Part shown: positions 1 through 8,499 of the stretch, one piece after another
Layout of the letters: each line of letters opens with the position of its first letter
Position numbering within the stretch: the stretch's first letter is position 1
Program-made: the position numbers and the translations under genes
Notes under the pieces: generated by a model
What the model saw: only the letters and a program-made list of their open reading frames with translations
What the model was told of the DNA's origin: nothing
The model's database searches: none
Source of the DNA: an uncultured virus (IMG/VR IMGVR_UViG_3300010233_000007)
Taxonomy: Duplodnaviria > Heunggongvirae > Uroviricota > Caudoviricetes
Virus record (IMG/VR): IMGVR_UViG_3300010233_000007
Length of the DNA stretch: 20,000 nt
Reading direction: 5' to 3' (one strand)

Positions 1-1
1 G

Positions 2-1294
2 CGAAAGAACCAAGACATAAATGACAGCGATATAGATGCGCTGTTTGACAGTATGAGTGATGCTGCTAAGGATCATTTCGGCGCTGGTAATATTTATACA
101 GGCAGCGAAGCAGAACGATTGATTATTGGGCTGTATCTTCCTGCGCTATGTTTGCGGTATTTGTTCCAGTCGAATATCTTGCCGTTTGAACGAATTGGGC
201 AGATTGTGGGACAGGAAGGATCATGTAAGTCAGCACTATTAGATGAGTTCTTTAGAATCACGAGGATGAATAGGGGCCGAGGATATTTACAAGAAGCAGA
301 AACAAAAGATAGTCCAATTATGCGGCTCTCTATTCTCAATTACGATGAAAAGGCCGTGGTCATCAGGCCGTGTGAAGCATTAGAAGACTGGCAAGAAGGG
401 CTTACGTATCTTATAAATCTGAATAAACAACAAATGCTCGGAACCAAGTCTAAGCCGGGACTAGGCAAGATTGCGCCTGTATTGCATGGCGTTGATTCTT
501 TAATGGGCAAGGGTTGTCGTGAATCGTTAGCGAAGATAGCCAAGGATGGATACTCACAACGGTCGTTTCCCGCAGAAGCTATGCTGATTAACAGCTACAT
601 GAAATTCATTCCGCAACAACTGGCTGGTTGGCCGTTCATGCTTTGGGGTGTCAACCACATGAAGCCATCTCAAGACCAGATGGGTAGGCCGCAAAATAAT
701 ATACCGGGCGGAATGTCACTAAAGTTCCAGGAAACATATCAACTGGAGCTACACAGAGTAAAAGATATTAAAAAGGTGGACGTGCAAGGTATTACCGTGA
801 AAATGGTAATGCGTAAGAATAGTCTTGGTGCATCGAGGCTATCTATAAATGCTGATTTGCTGTGGTGGGACGACGAAGAAGCTGGATATGTGCAGCGAAC
901 TGTCTGGGACTGGAACACTGCGACTATAGATTTATTATTGGCATTTGAGGGGTCGCGGTTTAACCGGCTACAAGAGGTATGCGACCTACACGTGGCTGAT
1001 AAGAGCAAGAAATTGGTATGGTCAGAACGACTTAATATTCCTAGAGACGACTCACAACCATATGCGGTAGCAGCAGAAGCACTTGAGAACGATATGCAGT
1101 TAGTGTCTGAATTACATAAGCTGCTTAGAATTCATGATTACCAAGTCTACAAGCCTGGTGTGCCATATGACGACCAATTAGCTGAAGCCAGAGAAGCCGC
1201 ATCAAAAATCAACTGGTCAGAACTAGCCAGCAGTAAGCCGACACAAACCGTCGAGGTTTCTAAAAATGCTGGAGAAGATACTAGTAACAATTAA
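2..1294 (+). CDS. recA: RecA/UvsX-like recombinase, divergent; probably 5'-partial
   Basis: RecA motifs in the correct order: LPFERI, Walker A-like GQEGSCKS, catalytic Glu EAE, Walker B VLHGVDSL, VNHMK, IPGGMSLKF, KNSLG. Frame is open from position 2 (RKNQDINDSDIDALFDSM), so the start may lie upstream of the window. Confidence 0.8.
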   Translation, partial: RKNQDINDSDIDALFDSMSDAAKDHFGAGNIYTGSEAERLIIGLYLPALCLRYLFQSNILPFERIGQIVGQEGSCKSALLDEFFRITRMNRGRGYLQEAETKDSPIMRLSILNYDEKAVVIRPCEALEDWQEGLTYLINLNKQQMLGTKSKPGLGKIAPVLHGVDSLMGKGCRESLAKIAKDGYSQRSFPAEAMLINSYMKFIPQQLAGWPFMLWGVNHMKPSQDQMGRPQNNIPGGMSLKFQETYQLELHRVKDIKKVDVQGITVKMVMRKNSLGASRLSINADLLWWDDEEAGYVQRTVWDWNTATIDLLLAFEGSRFNRLQEVCDLHVADKSKKLVWSERLNIPRDDSQPYAVAAEALENDMQLVSELHKLLRIHDYQVYKPGVPYDDQLAEAREAASKINWSELASSKPTQTVEVSKNAGEDTSNN

Positions 1295-1367
1295 TCCATG
1301 TATGTGTTGGCCTTTGTCATTATTATGCCTGGTTATCGTGCTAGGTTATAAGTTCGCTAAAGAGTAA
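1266..1367 (+). CDS. Possible 33-aa membrane peptide
   Basis: Manually read ORF MLEKILVTINPCMCWPLSLLCLVIVLGYKFAKE*; hydrophobic stretch followed by charged tail; fills an otherwise empty gap. Confidence 0.3.
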   Translation: MLEKILVTINPCMCWPLSLLCLVIVLGYKFAKE

Positions 1368-1371
1368 CAAA

Positions 1372-1391
1372 TCCTAATGGCGGAATTAGAA
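1372..1391. promoter_or_regulatory. Palindromic motif copy 1 (TCCTAATG-GCGG-AATTAGAA)
   Basis: 14/16 match to arms TTCTAATT/AATTAGAA; overlaps ATG 1377 and abuts in-frame ATG 1392. Confidence 0.6.
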
Positions 1392-1931
1392 ATGACCAGT
1401 CCATTAGATGATGATAGTAACTTCGATATAGGGGAATGGATCGGAAAGAAGCATGATGCCTTTGAAGAGTCAGTTATCAAAAAGATATTTGCATATTATA
1501 ATATGAAGGAAAAGGTGGCTGAGCTAAGACGTAAATGTCAGGAAGTGACTGGATCTCCTAGACTTTGTTTTGAGATATTAGAAGAATTATACCCAGACTT
1601 CAATGTTCGACTGTTTTCTCGTTCAGTTCCATATGTTCACCATGTCACTTTAATTGATCTGTTCAAACGATTTACCAAGACATTGATCTGGAAAGAATAT
1701 GAATCATGTCTTGATTTGTTCGGTGTACCAGCGTATGCCAAATCTGGGTTAGCTTTTAATATGCCAGGTGTCGGCGTTATGGTTATGCACAACACTCACG
1801 CGGCTGAAAACGGCGGCACTAGAATACAGAAAGATGTTTATGACAAAATAACTGATACTTATCGGATTTTTACCATAGAACCATTAAACGACTTTCTGAG
1901 CACCATAAACATAAGCGGCTGGGTTAAATGA
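1377..1931 (+). CDS. Hypothetical protein (alternative start 1392)
   Basis: 184-aa ORF in the co-directional array; no recognised motif. Confidence 0.75.
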   Translation: MAELEMTSPLDDDSNFDIGEWIGKKHDAFEESVIKKIFAYYNMKEKVAELRRKCQEVTGSPRLCFEILEELYPDFNVRLFSRSVPYVHHVTLIDLFKRFTKTLIWKEYESCLDLFGVPAYAKSGLAFNMPGVGVMVMHNTHAAENGGTRIQKDVYDKITDTYRIFTIEPLNDFLSTINISGWVK

Positions 1932-2029
1932 TATTAGACGCAGTTAAGAGAAACACAATAAAAAGATACAAAGACAGAAAGTACCGGCGTAATTTAATCA
2001 GTCTAAGTAAAAGAGGTCAAGATGGCTAA
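1928..2029 (+). CDS. Possible 33-aa basic peptide
   Basis: ATGA overlap with upstream stop; MILDAVKRNTIKRYKDRKYRRNLISLSKRGQDG*. Confidence 0.3.
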   Translation: MILDAVKRNTIKRYKDRKYRRNLISLSKRGQDG

Positions 2030-3065
2030 AACAGTTGTGAAAGACGCAAAGCCCGCAAAAACAGTAGAAGTACCTGAAACTGACAATGGTGAAATGTCGC
2101 CCGCGCTCAAAAAGAAGTTTGAGCAGGCAGATAAACTCTTGCGCAGTGCAGACGCAAATTTCTTGAAAGCCAGGTATTCCCTTGGTGAAATCGTATCCGA
2201 CGTTGAGAAAGATCCAAAGAGTGTTTATGGAGCCAAGGCCATTGATAAGCTCCGTACTGCTCTTGGTGTGAATAGCAACATCCTGTATAAAGCTCGCCGG
2301 TTTACCGAGCTTTACACCAGTGACGATTTGACTCAGATTATGTCTGCTCGTGGCAAGGGCGGGCAATCAATCAATTGGTCGCATATGGAAGTCCTCGTTA
2401 CCGTAGAGGATGACGATATGCGCAATGAATTAACTGAGAAGGTGTTAAAGGAGGCGTGGACAGCGAGAGATTTGGGTAAGGAGGTAAAGAAGTTATTCGG
2501 AGGTTCACGCAGTAATTCCAACGGTCGGCCCATGAGTAAGCCAAAGCATTTCTCTGGCTATCTGGACTCGGTGATTTCTGTATCTCAGGGTGTACAGAAG
2601 AAGACTAATACTGTATGGTTGTCCGAAGAAGATAACATTCACGACGCGGCTTCCACATTATCAGAGATTAACGACGATGTGATGGGTAAGTTGCAGGAAG
2701 CAATGGACGAACTTGCGGCAATGGTTATTTCTGCCGAGACAATGGTTAAAGAGTTAAATGATATCCGAGAAGAACTGCTTAGCCGTGTTACCAAAGCAGA
2801 ACAACAGGTAAAAGCAAACACAAAAACTTTCAAAAAGGACGAGATAGATGACATCTACGACGACGAATCCGATGAGCCAGCCAGTGGTGCCGAACGCAGT
2901 TCCGTCAAATCAGGCCCAGGCGTTGACGAAGACGAAGAAGACGACGAAGAAGCCGGTGACGAAGAAGACGAAGAGTTCGACGAAGAAGACGACGAAGTTG
3001 AAGAAGAGCTGACCAAGAAGATCAAAGCTCGTCCCGGTGCGCCTAAAACATATGCCAAACGTTAA
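2022..3065 (+). CDS. Putative DNA-binding protein: DUF1016-N/HTH-like domain, coiled coil, acidic tail
   Basis: RBS AGAGGT; segment YSLGE..YGAKAIDKLRTALG..NILYKARRFTELY..INWSH..W TARDL resembles the DUF1016/YhcG N-terminal helical domain; long D/E tract at the C-terminus; followed by a strong terminator. Confidence 0.65.
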   Translation: MAKTVVKDAKPAKTVEVPETDNGEMSPALKKKFEQADKLLRSADANFLKARYSLGEIVSDVEKDPKSVYGAKAIDKLRTALGVNSNILYKARRFTELYTSDDLTQIMSARGKGGQSINWSHMEVLVTVEDDDMRNELTEKVLKEAWTARDLGKEVKKLFGGSRSNSNGRPMSKPKHFSGYLDSVISVSQGVQKKTNTVWLSEEDNIHDAASTLSEINDDVMGKLQEAMDELAAMVISAETMVKELNDIREELLSRVTKAEQQVKANTKTFKKDEIDDIYDDESDEPASGAERSSVKSGPGVDEDEEDDEEAGDEEDEEFDEEDDEVEEELTKKIKARPGAPKTYAKR

Positions 3066-3086
3066 TTAGTTGTTATTTCACTCCAG

Positions 3087-3120
3087 GCGAGCGGTTATTT
3101 AATCGCTCGCTTTTTCTTTT
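3087..3120 (+). terminator. Rho-independent terminator
   Basis: Stem GCGAGCGGTT / AATCGCTCGC with loop ATTT, followed by TTTTTCTTTT. Confidence 0.9.
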
Positions 3121-3130
3121 TGGAGATTAT

Positions 3131-3150
3131 TTCTAATTTCAAAATTAGAA
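3131..3150. promoter_or_regulatory. Palindromic motif copy 2 (TTCTAATT-TCAA-AATTAGAA)
   Basis: Perfect arms; directly after the terminator, abutting RBS AAGGT, 8 nt before ATG 3159. Confidence 0.75.
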
Positions 3151-3158
3151 AGGTAAGT

Positions 3159-4545
3159 ATGGACTTCAACGGCTTAGCTGTACAGTATCAAGTCGCAATA
3201 GTGGCCGCATTAGTCGGCGCTATTAGTATATGGTTCAATAAGATACGTGAATTACCTAAGAAGATATTCGCATTTCTCAAGAGTCAATTCGTAGTAACAA
3301 TCGAAGCGGAAAAAAAAGACGAGGCATTCAGTTGGCTGCAAATATGGGTATCTAGACAAGAGAAGATTAAAANNNNNNNNNNGACAATTAGTAGCAGTAA
3401 CCGGTAGCAACAAAGAAACCGAGTTACCGTTTGATTTGGAGGCTGATAACCGACCAGAAGTTATGTTGATTCCGAACAAGGGTTTACACAAATATACATT
3501 TGAAAATAAGACGATATATGTCGGTGTTGCAAGCAGAGATTCACAGGCAGACAAGCAAAGTGCAGTAATGGTAGCGCGTGCCGATAGGTTAGAGCCAGAA
3601 TATTTCAATATAATTATGAGGACAAGAGACACAAGTGTAGCGACTAGATTCATGCAGTCTGTAAAAGATACGGCATTACCTAAAGACAACAAGATCATCA
3701 TTAGAACAGCTACACCTTGCTTTTGGAATCCGTGGCGAGTTGTGTCCAGAACAGAGCCACGAGATGTAAGTTCGGTTATTTTGGCGGGAAACATTAAAGA
3801 TGAACTTATTGCTGACATGAAGGAATTTATGGAAGCTATCGATTGGTATACCGGTTTGGGTATCCCATATAGACGTGGCTATTTGCTCTATGGCCCACCG
3901 GGAAATGGTAAAAGTTCTCTAATCGCAGCATTAGCTGGACATTTTGGGTTGAATCTGTATATTTTAAGTCTAGCCGCATCAAAGGTTAACGACGCAAATA
4001 TAGATGAGGTATTAAGCGGAGTGCATAACAATAGCCTTATTCTAATTGAGGATATTGATTGTGCATTCGTTAAGCGAATAAATGTAGTTGAAGAAACAAC
4101 AGAGAAAGCAGTCGCAACTAGTGGCAGTCCTACACCAGTAGCAGCTACAGCCGATAAATCAGATAAACTTTCATTTAGTGGATTACTGAACGCGCTGGAT
4201 GGAGTATCTTGTGGGCAAGGCCGAATGATTTTTATGACGACCAATCACATAGAAAGATTGGACCCAGCTTTAATAAGACCCGGCAGAGTAGATATTAAGA
4301 AATATATAGGTAATGCCGATCAAGTTCAAGCCAAGCACCTATACCAGCGTTTCTATAAATTAAGCGATAATAGTAGCTTGGCTTCTTTGTTTGCCAGCTA
4401 TATTCCGCATCAACAGATTAGCATGGCCGCGTTACAGGGCCATTTGATGCAACATAAGAGTGAGCCACAAGCAGCTATAGATAACCTTTTCAAATTGAAA
4501 GAGAGCATAGAGTGCAAACAGACAGCGATGACAGTAACGAGCTAA
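3159..4545 (+). CDS. BCS1-like AAA+ ATPase (one gene spanning a 10-N gap)
   Basis: N-terminal TM helix, BCS1_N-like FVVTIE..DEAFSWLQIW and P..GLH segments; then WYTGLGIPYRRGYLLYGPPGNGKSS, Walker B ILIEDID, LSFSGLLNALDGV, MTTNH, LDPALIRPGRVD, ISMAALQGHLM. Track ORFs 3120..3407 and 3436..4545 join across the gap. Confidence 0.85.
3373..3382. other. Assembly gap (10 N)
   Basis: N run; explains the apparent frameshift in the BCS1-like gene. Confidence 0.99.
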
Positions 4546-4823
4546 TGGACTGTCAAATCATGAGAACCTGTGTAGAGCAATTAGTTATCGATCACCAAAC
4601 TTACGCGGTGCCACGTATAGAAACTATATGGGTGCTTCTTCCTGCTAAATTTGCCGAAAAAGGTAAACTAATTGCTATTAAATACGAAGGATGGGAAAAA
4701 TGGGTCGGCGGCTGGGAGGTTATGGAAGTCTGTAAAGTAAGCAGAAGGCCAGAAGTAATGGAGGAAGAATGCCAGGAACCACAGAGTTCTGCGAAGGATC
4801 AAACACACATAGAGAAGAATTAA
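4545..4823 (+). CDS. Hypothetical protein, paralog of next gene
   Basis: TAATG overlap gives ATG 4545; LPAKFAEKGK...KWVGGWEV matches the next ORF. Confidence 0.7.
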   Translation: MDCQIMRTCVEQLVIDHQTYAVPRIETIWVLLPAKFAEKGKLIAIKYEGWEKWVGGWEVMEVCKVSRRPEVMEEECQEPQSSAKDQTHIEKN

Positions 4824-5044
4824 TACAAGTTGATTTGTATCGTGATTATACGGCTGACGGCGAACTATTCCAATGTAGAGATTGGCAGCACAGTATTTGG
4901 ATTCCTGTTAAGTTTGCCGTTATTGGTAAACGATTAAAGACTAGAAAAACAACCAGTGATAAATGGGAAGACGGCTGGATAGTTGGTGATGTGTATTTTC
5001 CGTCACGAACGGTAGAAGTAGAAGATTCCGATTCCTGCTATTGA
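4769..5044 (+). CDS. Hypothetical protein, paralog of previous gene
   Basis: RBS GGAGG; IPVKFAVIGK...KWEDGWIV. Confidence 0.75.
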   Translation: MPGTTEFCEGSNTHREELIQVDLYRDYTADGELFQCRDWQHSIWIPVKFAVIGKRLKTRKTTSDKWEDGWIVGDVYFPSRTVEVEDSDSCY

Positions 5045-5053
5045 AAGGAAATA

Positions 5054-5296
5054 ATGGAAAACACAGCCCCACCAGATATATTTCGATCAATAGGTTTTGA
5101 CACCGTATATATGCCTGGTAAACACCATGAGACTATATTTTTCATAGGTCCAAACGGCGAACAAATGGAAAACGTATCGCCAGAAGCCGTAGAGGAATAT
5201 ATTAACTATTGTGAAAAACAATTAAAAGTAGCTAAAGATTATGTCGATAATAACTATAACAATAAAACACACGAATGGACTTATGATCTGTTTTGA
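5054..5296 (+). CDS. Hypothetical protein
   Basis: 80-aa ORF, RBS AAAGGA. Confidence 0.7.
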   Translation: MENTAPPDIFRSIGFDTVYMPGKHHETIFFIGPNGEQMENVSPEAVEEYINYCEKQLKVAKDYVDNNYNNKTHEWTYDLF

Positions 5297-5302
5297 AAGG
5301 TT

Positions 5303-5908
5303 ATGATGCCAAAACGGATATGCTTATTTGGTGGACCAAATGCGGGAAAATCTGTACTGGCCGCTGAATTGTTCGCCGAATTAAAGAAGCGCGGATATAA
5401 GATTGAATTAGTCACAGAGTACATTAAGCTCTGGGCCTGGCAGAAATTAAAGCCAACATCATGGGATCAGTTCTACATACTAGCTAAGCAAATACACAAT
5501 GAAGACGTGATTCTAAGAAACGGTGGGCATATAATAACAGATGTCCCACTTTGGTTAATATATACCTATTGCAAGTGGTGGAAAACTGATTACACTAGTG
5601 ATCTTGCGCCGCTTATAGAGACATTCGACCGGCAGTATCCTAATACAATAAATATATTCATTAATCGTGAAGATTTACCGTATAAAGATGAAGGCCGCTA
5701 CCACACAAAGCAAGAAGCGGAAGACATAGATTACGAAACCTGGATCACTATATGTGATCACGTGTACCATACGCGAGGTTGTTATACTTATAACCACAAA
5801 GTAAAAGATAGTATGTCAAAATTACTTGAGTTTGTAATTTCAAAATTAGAAACCGAAGATGAAAAAGCTAAAGTACGCGCCGAAGAACTGGAAACAACAT
5901 GGCAGTGA
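5303..5908 (+). CDS. P-loop NTPase, NadR/AAA_28 nucleotide-kinase-like
   Basis: ICLFGGPNAGKS Walker A, ELVTEY, IITD, YKDEGRYHT; RBS AAAGG. Confidence 0.75.
   Translation: MMPKRICLFGGPNAGKSVLAAELFAELKKRGYKIELVTEYIKLWAWQKLKPTSWDQFYILAKQIHNEDVILRNGGHIITDVPLWLIYTYCKWWKTDYTSDLAPLIETFDRQYPNTINIFINREDLPYKDEGRYHTKQEAEDIDYETWITICDHVYHTRGCYTYNHKVKDSMSKLLEFVISKLETEDEKAKVRAEELETTWQ
5832..5851. promoter_or_regulatory. Palindromic motif copy 3 (TTGTAATT-TCAA-AATTAGAA)
   Basis: 19/20 identical to copy 2; within the upstream CDS, 7 nt before ATG 5859. Confidence 0.7.
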
Positions 5909-6284
5909 CCGTTTTGAGTCGAATTTTGGTGTTGTCAGTAGAGTAAAAAACAAGTGGTTAGCCGTATTAAAGGTGTATCAATCGGAGACACCTGAAAAAT
6001 TAGATTCATTTCAATTGACATCATCATCCATATCAGGCAATCATAGAACTTCCAAAGATGCAATGCGGGCAGTAGAAAGAGCCGCCGATTATTATGTCGA
6101 TCAGATTTCATTAAACGGCGAAACTAAATACATGATTCTTCTACCGAAAGATATCATGAAGCGGAAAGTGCTTAAATACCGAGAACTACAACAGAAATTG
6201 GAAGAGCATCGTAAAGCGTATGAAGAGCACATACACGAAACAACTGATGTGCATAGTTGTTCCGGCGACTGTGAGAAGAAGTAA
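5859..6284 (+). CDS. Hypothetical protein
   Basis: 141-aa ORF, preceded by the palindromic motif. Confidence 0.7.
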   Translation: MKKLKYAPKNWKQHGSDRFESNFGVVSRVKNKWLAVLKVYQSETPEKLDSFQLTSSSISGNHRTSKDAMRAVERAADYYVDQISLNGETKYMILLPKDIMKRKVLKYRELQQKLEEHRKAYEEHIHETTDVHSCSGDCEKK

Positions 6285-6325
6285 CAACTTCTTCTCACAG
6301 TGACAGCCAGCAATAGGAGAAAACA

Positions 6326-6577
6326 TTGGTAGTTCTCGCTTACTATAAAAAAGGCAAGACGTGGTTAGGCTACATCAGCTATTTATGGTGTTGGATGTGG
6401 CATAAGCACACATACGTAAGGATATATTGGAACGGATTAGAAGTTGTAGAATACGATCAGCCGTTGTTTGTAGTATATGAATGTCAGAAATGTAAAAAGC
6501 TACAATTAGAAACACATTATAGCGTAGTTATAAAAGGAAAACCCTCTGGTGATGGCACGGAAACCAAAAACGCATAG
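6326..6577 (+). CDS. Small putative Zn-binding protein
   Basis: TTG start with RBS AGGAG; CxxxH ... CxxC pattern common in small phage proteins. Confidence 0.55.
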   Translation: MVVLAYYKKGKTWLGYISYLWCWMWHKHTYVRIYWNGLEVVEYDQPLFVVYECQKCKKLQLETHYSVVIKGKPSGDGTETKNA

Positions 6578-6686
6578 CCTGGTCGCTGCGTGAGCAGTGC
6601 TTTAAATCACAGTATCTCACGACTGTTGTTGCGATAAAGGAAGCTTAGAGGATCAGGACGACCACGTTCAAATCGTGGCAGAGGCC
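6542..6686 (+). ncRNA. tRNA-like structured RNA with expanded interior (tmRNA-like topology)
   Basis: Perfect T-arm CCACG-TTCAAAT-CGTGG (6662-6678) directly followed by CAGAGG, complementary to CCTCTG (6543-6548); inner helix CCTGGTC/GATCAGG; GNRA hairpin CGCTGC-GTGA-GCAGTG. Confidence 0.55.
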
Positions 6687-6688
6687 GA

Positions 6689-7054
6689 ATGAATCTTTTC
6701 AGCAAAGGTGACTTTCGATTACACAGTGGAATTGAATCGGATTGGAAGATAGATTGTGACGCTTTAACAGACGAAGATATTAAAACAATAGCTTATCTGT
6801 TTTCAAAAGTATTACCGCCATTCGGACCAGTCGAAGGTATACCAAGAGGCGGGTTGAGATTAGCCGCCGCGTTACGAGAATATAGTAAGTCTAGCGATTA
6901 CAAAACCTTAATATGCGACGACGTTTACACTACCGGATTAAGTATGGAAAAACGACGTGGCGATAGAGAAACAATGGGCGCGGTTATTTTTGCCAGACAG
7001 CCTACACCCTTATGGATTAGACCGCTTTTTATAACAAACGCCCTAATATGGTAA
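6689..7054 (+). CDS. Type I phosphoribosyltransferase, orotate PRTase-like (short form)
   Basis: FRLHSG..S.WKID, GIPRGG, PRPP-binding loop LICDDVYTTGLS. Confidence 0.8.
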   Translation: MNLFSKGDFRLHSGIESDWKIDCDALTDEDIKTIAYLFSKVLPPFGPVEGIPRGGLRLAAALREYSKSSDYKTLICDDVYTTGLSMEKRRGDRETMGAVIFARQPTPLWIRPLFITNALIW

Positions 7055-7058
7055 TAAA

Positions 7059-7352
7059 ATGCCTACGCTAGAAAACTGGTCATTATTGCTTACATGCTTA
7101 GATCCATATAAAGCGCCAGAGTGTAGATCGTATGCTATTTGTGGAGAAGTGCATGGTCACGAAAACTTTAAAGATGGTTATTTAATTCGTACAAGCGACA
7201 TAAAAGAAGTGAACGGTAAAGAAGTTGTTACAGTAAATAACAGTAGATATACTCTTGGACAGCCAGCACAACAATATATAGATTTTCTAAAAGCTAAAGA
7301 TCCTAATTACGTAATTAACCCAGAAGATCCACTAAAACAAAAAGGTTGGTAA
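7059..7352 (+). CDS. Conserved phage-type hypothetical protein
   Basis: LENW...GEVHGH..FKDG..IRTS...NSRYTLG pattern recalled from small phage proteins (DUF6634-like). Confidence 0.7.
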   Translation: MPTLENWSLLLTCLDPYKAPECRSYAICGEVHGHENFKDGYLIRTSDIKEVNGKEVVTVNNSRYTLGQPAQQYIDFLKAKDPNYVINPEDPLKQKGW

Positions 7353-7355
7353 ATT

Positions 7356-8198
7356 ATGATAGCAGATTCAGTTTGGTTTTTTAATCCCGATACACTCATG
7401 CCAGTACCACAAAAGCCATTTCGCGGCTCAAAAGTGAATGTAGGGCAGTATCTATCATCTCCATCGGGTATTAAGACTCAGCATATCGTAATGATTCTTG
7501 ATCGTAGCGGAAGTATGCAAGCTACACGAGATGCGGCAATTAATGCCTTCAATGCGCAGTTAGACACTATTCAGCGGTTATCTGAAAATAACCGTATTCA
7601 TGCTTCATTCCTTACGTTTAATCAGGATGTGTATGAGCATTTCTTTGAGAGTTACGCGCATCATTTGGAGAAGTTGAATCGCTACAACTATCAGCCAGAG
7701 GGTTGGACTGCGTTAAATGATGCTGTGGGATATGCGATAGAAAAGTTAAAGAAAGAGACACCCTGTAATGACCATAATCACACGTACCTCGTAGTTATCG
7801 TGTCTGACGGCCAAGAAAACCATTCCAGATACTTTAATAACGATTCTGTTCGGAATCGTATTCAGACGTTGCAGAATACCGGGCGTTGGACATTTACTTA
7901 TCTCAGTTGTAATCAAGAGGACGCGCGAGAGTTTAGCAAGAATTACACAGTGCCAATCGGAAATGTAGGCACATATGAGCATACAGCTGCTGGTTTCAAC
8001 TGCATGGGCCAGAATCTAAGCCGTAACATTGAAACTTACTGTTGCGCGGTGGATCAGGGTCAAACAGCTTCGGCCTCGTTTACTGGTTCAACACCTGAGC
8101 AGATTGTAGAAATGTCTAATGTTGATCCTACGGTTTTTGCGCCTGTAGATCCGAATGGTTGGAAGGAAAAGTTAAAGAATGACAAACAAACTGCTTAA
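7356..8198 (+). CDS. von Willebrand factor A domain protein
   Basis: MIDAS motif ILDRSGSM, GWTALNDA, VIVSDGQENHS, WTFTYL. Confidence 0.9.
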   Translation: MIADSVWFFNPDTLMPVPQKPFRGSKVNVGQYLSSPSGIKTQHIVMILDRSGSMQATRDAAINAFNAQLDTIQRLSENNRIHASFLTFNQDVYEHFFESYAHHLEKLNRYNYQPEGWTALNDAVGYAIEKLKKETPCNDHNHTYLVVIVSDGQENHSRYFNNDSVRNRIQTLQNTGRWTFTYLSCNQEDAREFSKNYTVPIGNVGTYEHTAAGFNCMGQNLSRNIETYCCAVDQGQTASASFTGSTPEQIVEMSNVDPTVFAPVDPNGWKEKLKNDKQTA

Positions 8199-8439
8199 AG
8201 ATTTACAAGCTTTAGACATAACCATAACTGAATACGAAAACCTTATCAGGCAAAAAGCATACGACTTATGGAAAGAACGTGGCCAACCTATAGGAGATCC
8301 TGACAAAGACTGGTATGAGGCAAAAAGCATTGTTGATTTAGGGATAATAGTCAGGTCATCGCTGAATAGAGTGAGGGGGTTTAATTTTACACCTAGCGAC
8401 AGACGTCGTATGCCATATTGTACGCCGGCGGTAATTTAG
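8179..8439 (+). CDS. DUF2934-like protein
   Basis: IRQKAYDLWKERGQPIGDPDKDWYEA fits the DUF2934 pattern IRxRAYxxWxxxGxPxGxxxxxWxxA. Confidence 0.75.
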   Translation: MTNKLLKDLQALDITITEYENLIRQKAYDLWKERGQPIGDPDKDWYEAKSIVDLGIIVRSSLNRVRGFNFTPSDRRRMPYCTPAVI

Positions 8440-8457
8440 CTAATGTATAACCAATTC

Positions 8458-8489
8458 AAACGTGTGATCTCTAACACGTTTATTTTTTT
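8458..8489 (+). terminator. Probable Rho-independent terminator
   Basis: AAACGTGT / ACACGTTT stem, 8-nt loop, then ATTTTTTT. Confidence 0.6.
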
Positions 8490-8499
8490 GGAGTAACGA

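Noticed and set aside
2925..3010. GACGAAGAA-type repeats as a CRISPR or tandem repeat element
   Set aside because: Low-complexity codons for the Asp/Glu tail; no repeat-spacer structure.
3120..3435. Separate 95-aa ORF or programmed frameshift before the AAA ATPase
   Set aside because: The frame change coincides with the 10-N gap, and both parts fit one BCS1-like protein.
3917..3936. Weak palindrome matches here and at 7301-7320 and 19345-19364
   Set aside because: Only 11-12 of 16 arm positions match, within coding sequence; plausible by chance in AT-rich DNA.
6595..6612. CTTTAAA as an ochre/amber suppressor anticodon loop explaining the thyX TAG
   Set aside because: Flanks do not form a 5-bp stem around the 7-nt loop, and distances to the acceptor and T arms are far too long for a cloverleaf.
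8418..8446. Sigma70-like promoter TTGTAC-N17-TAATGT
   Set aside because: Weak match located just upstream of a probable terminator.
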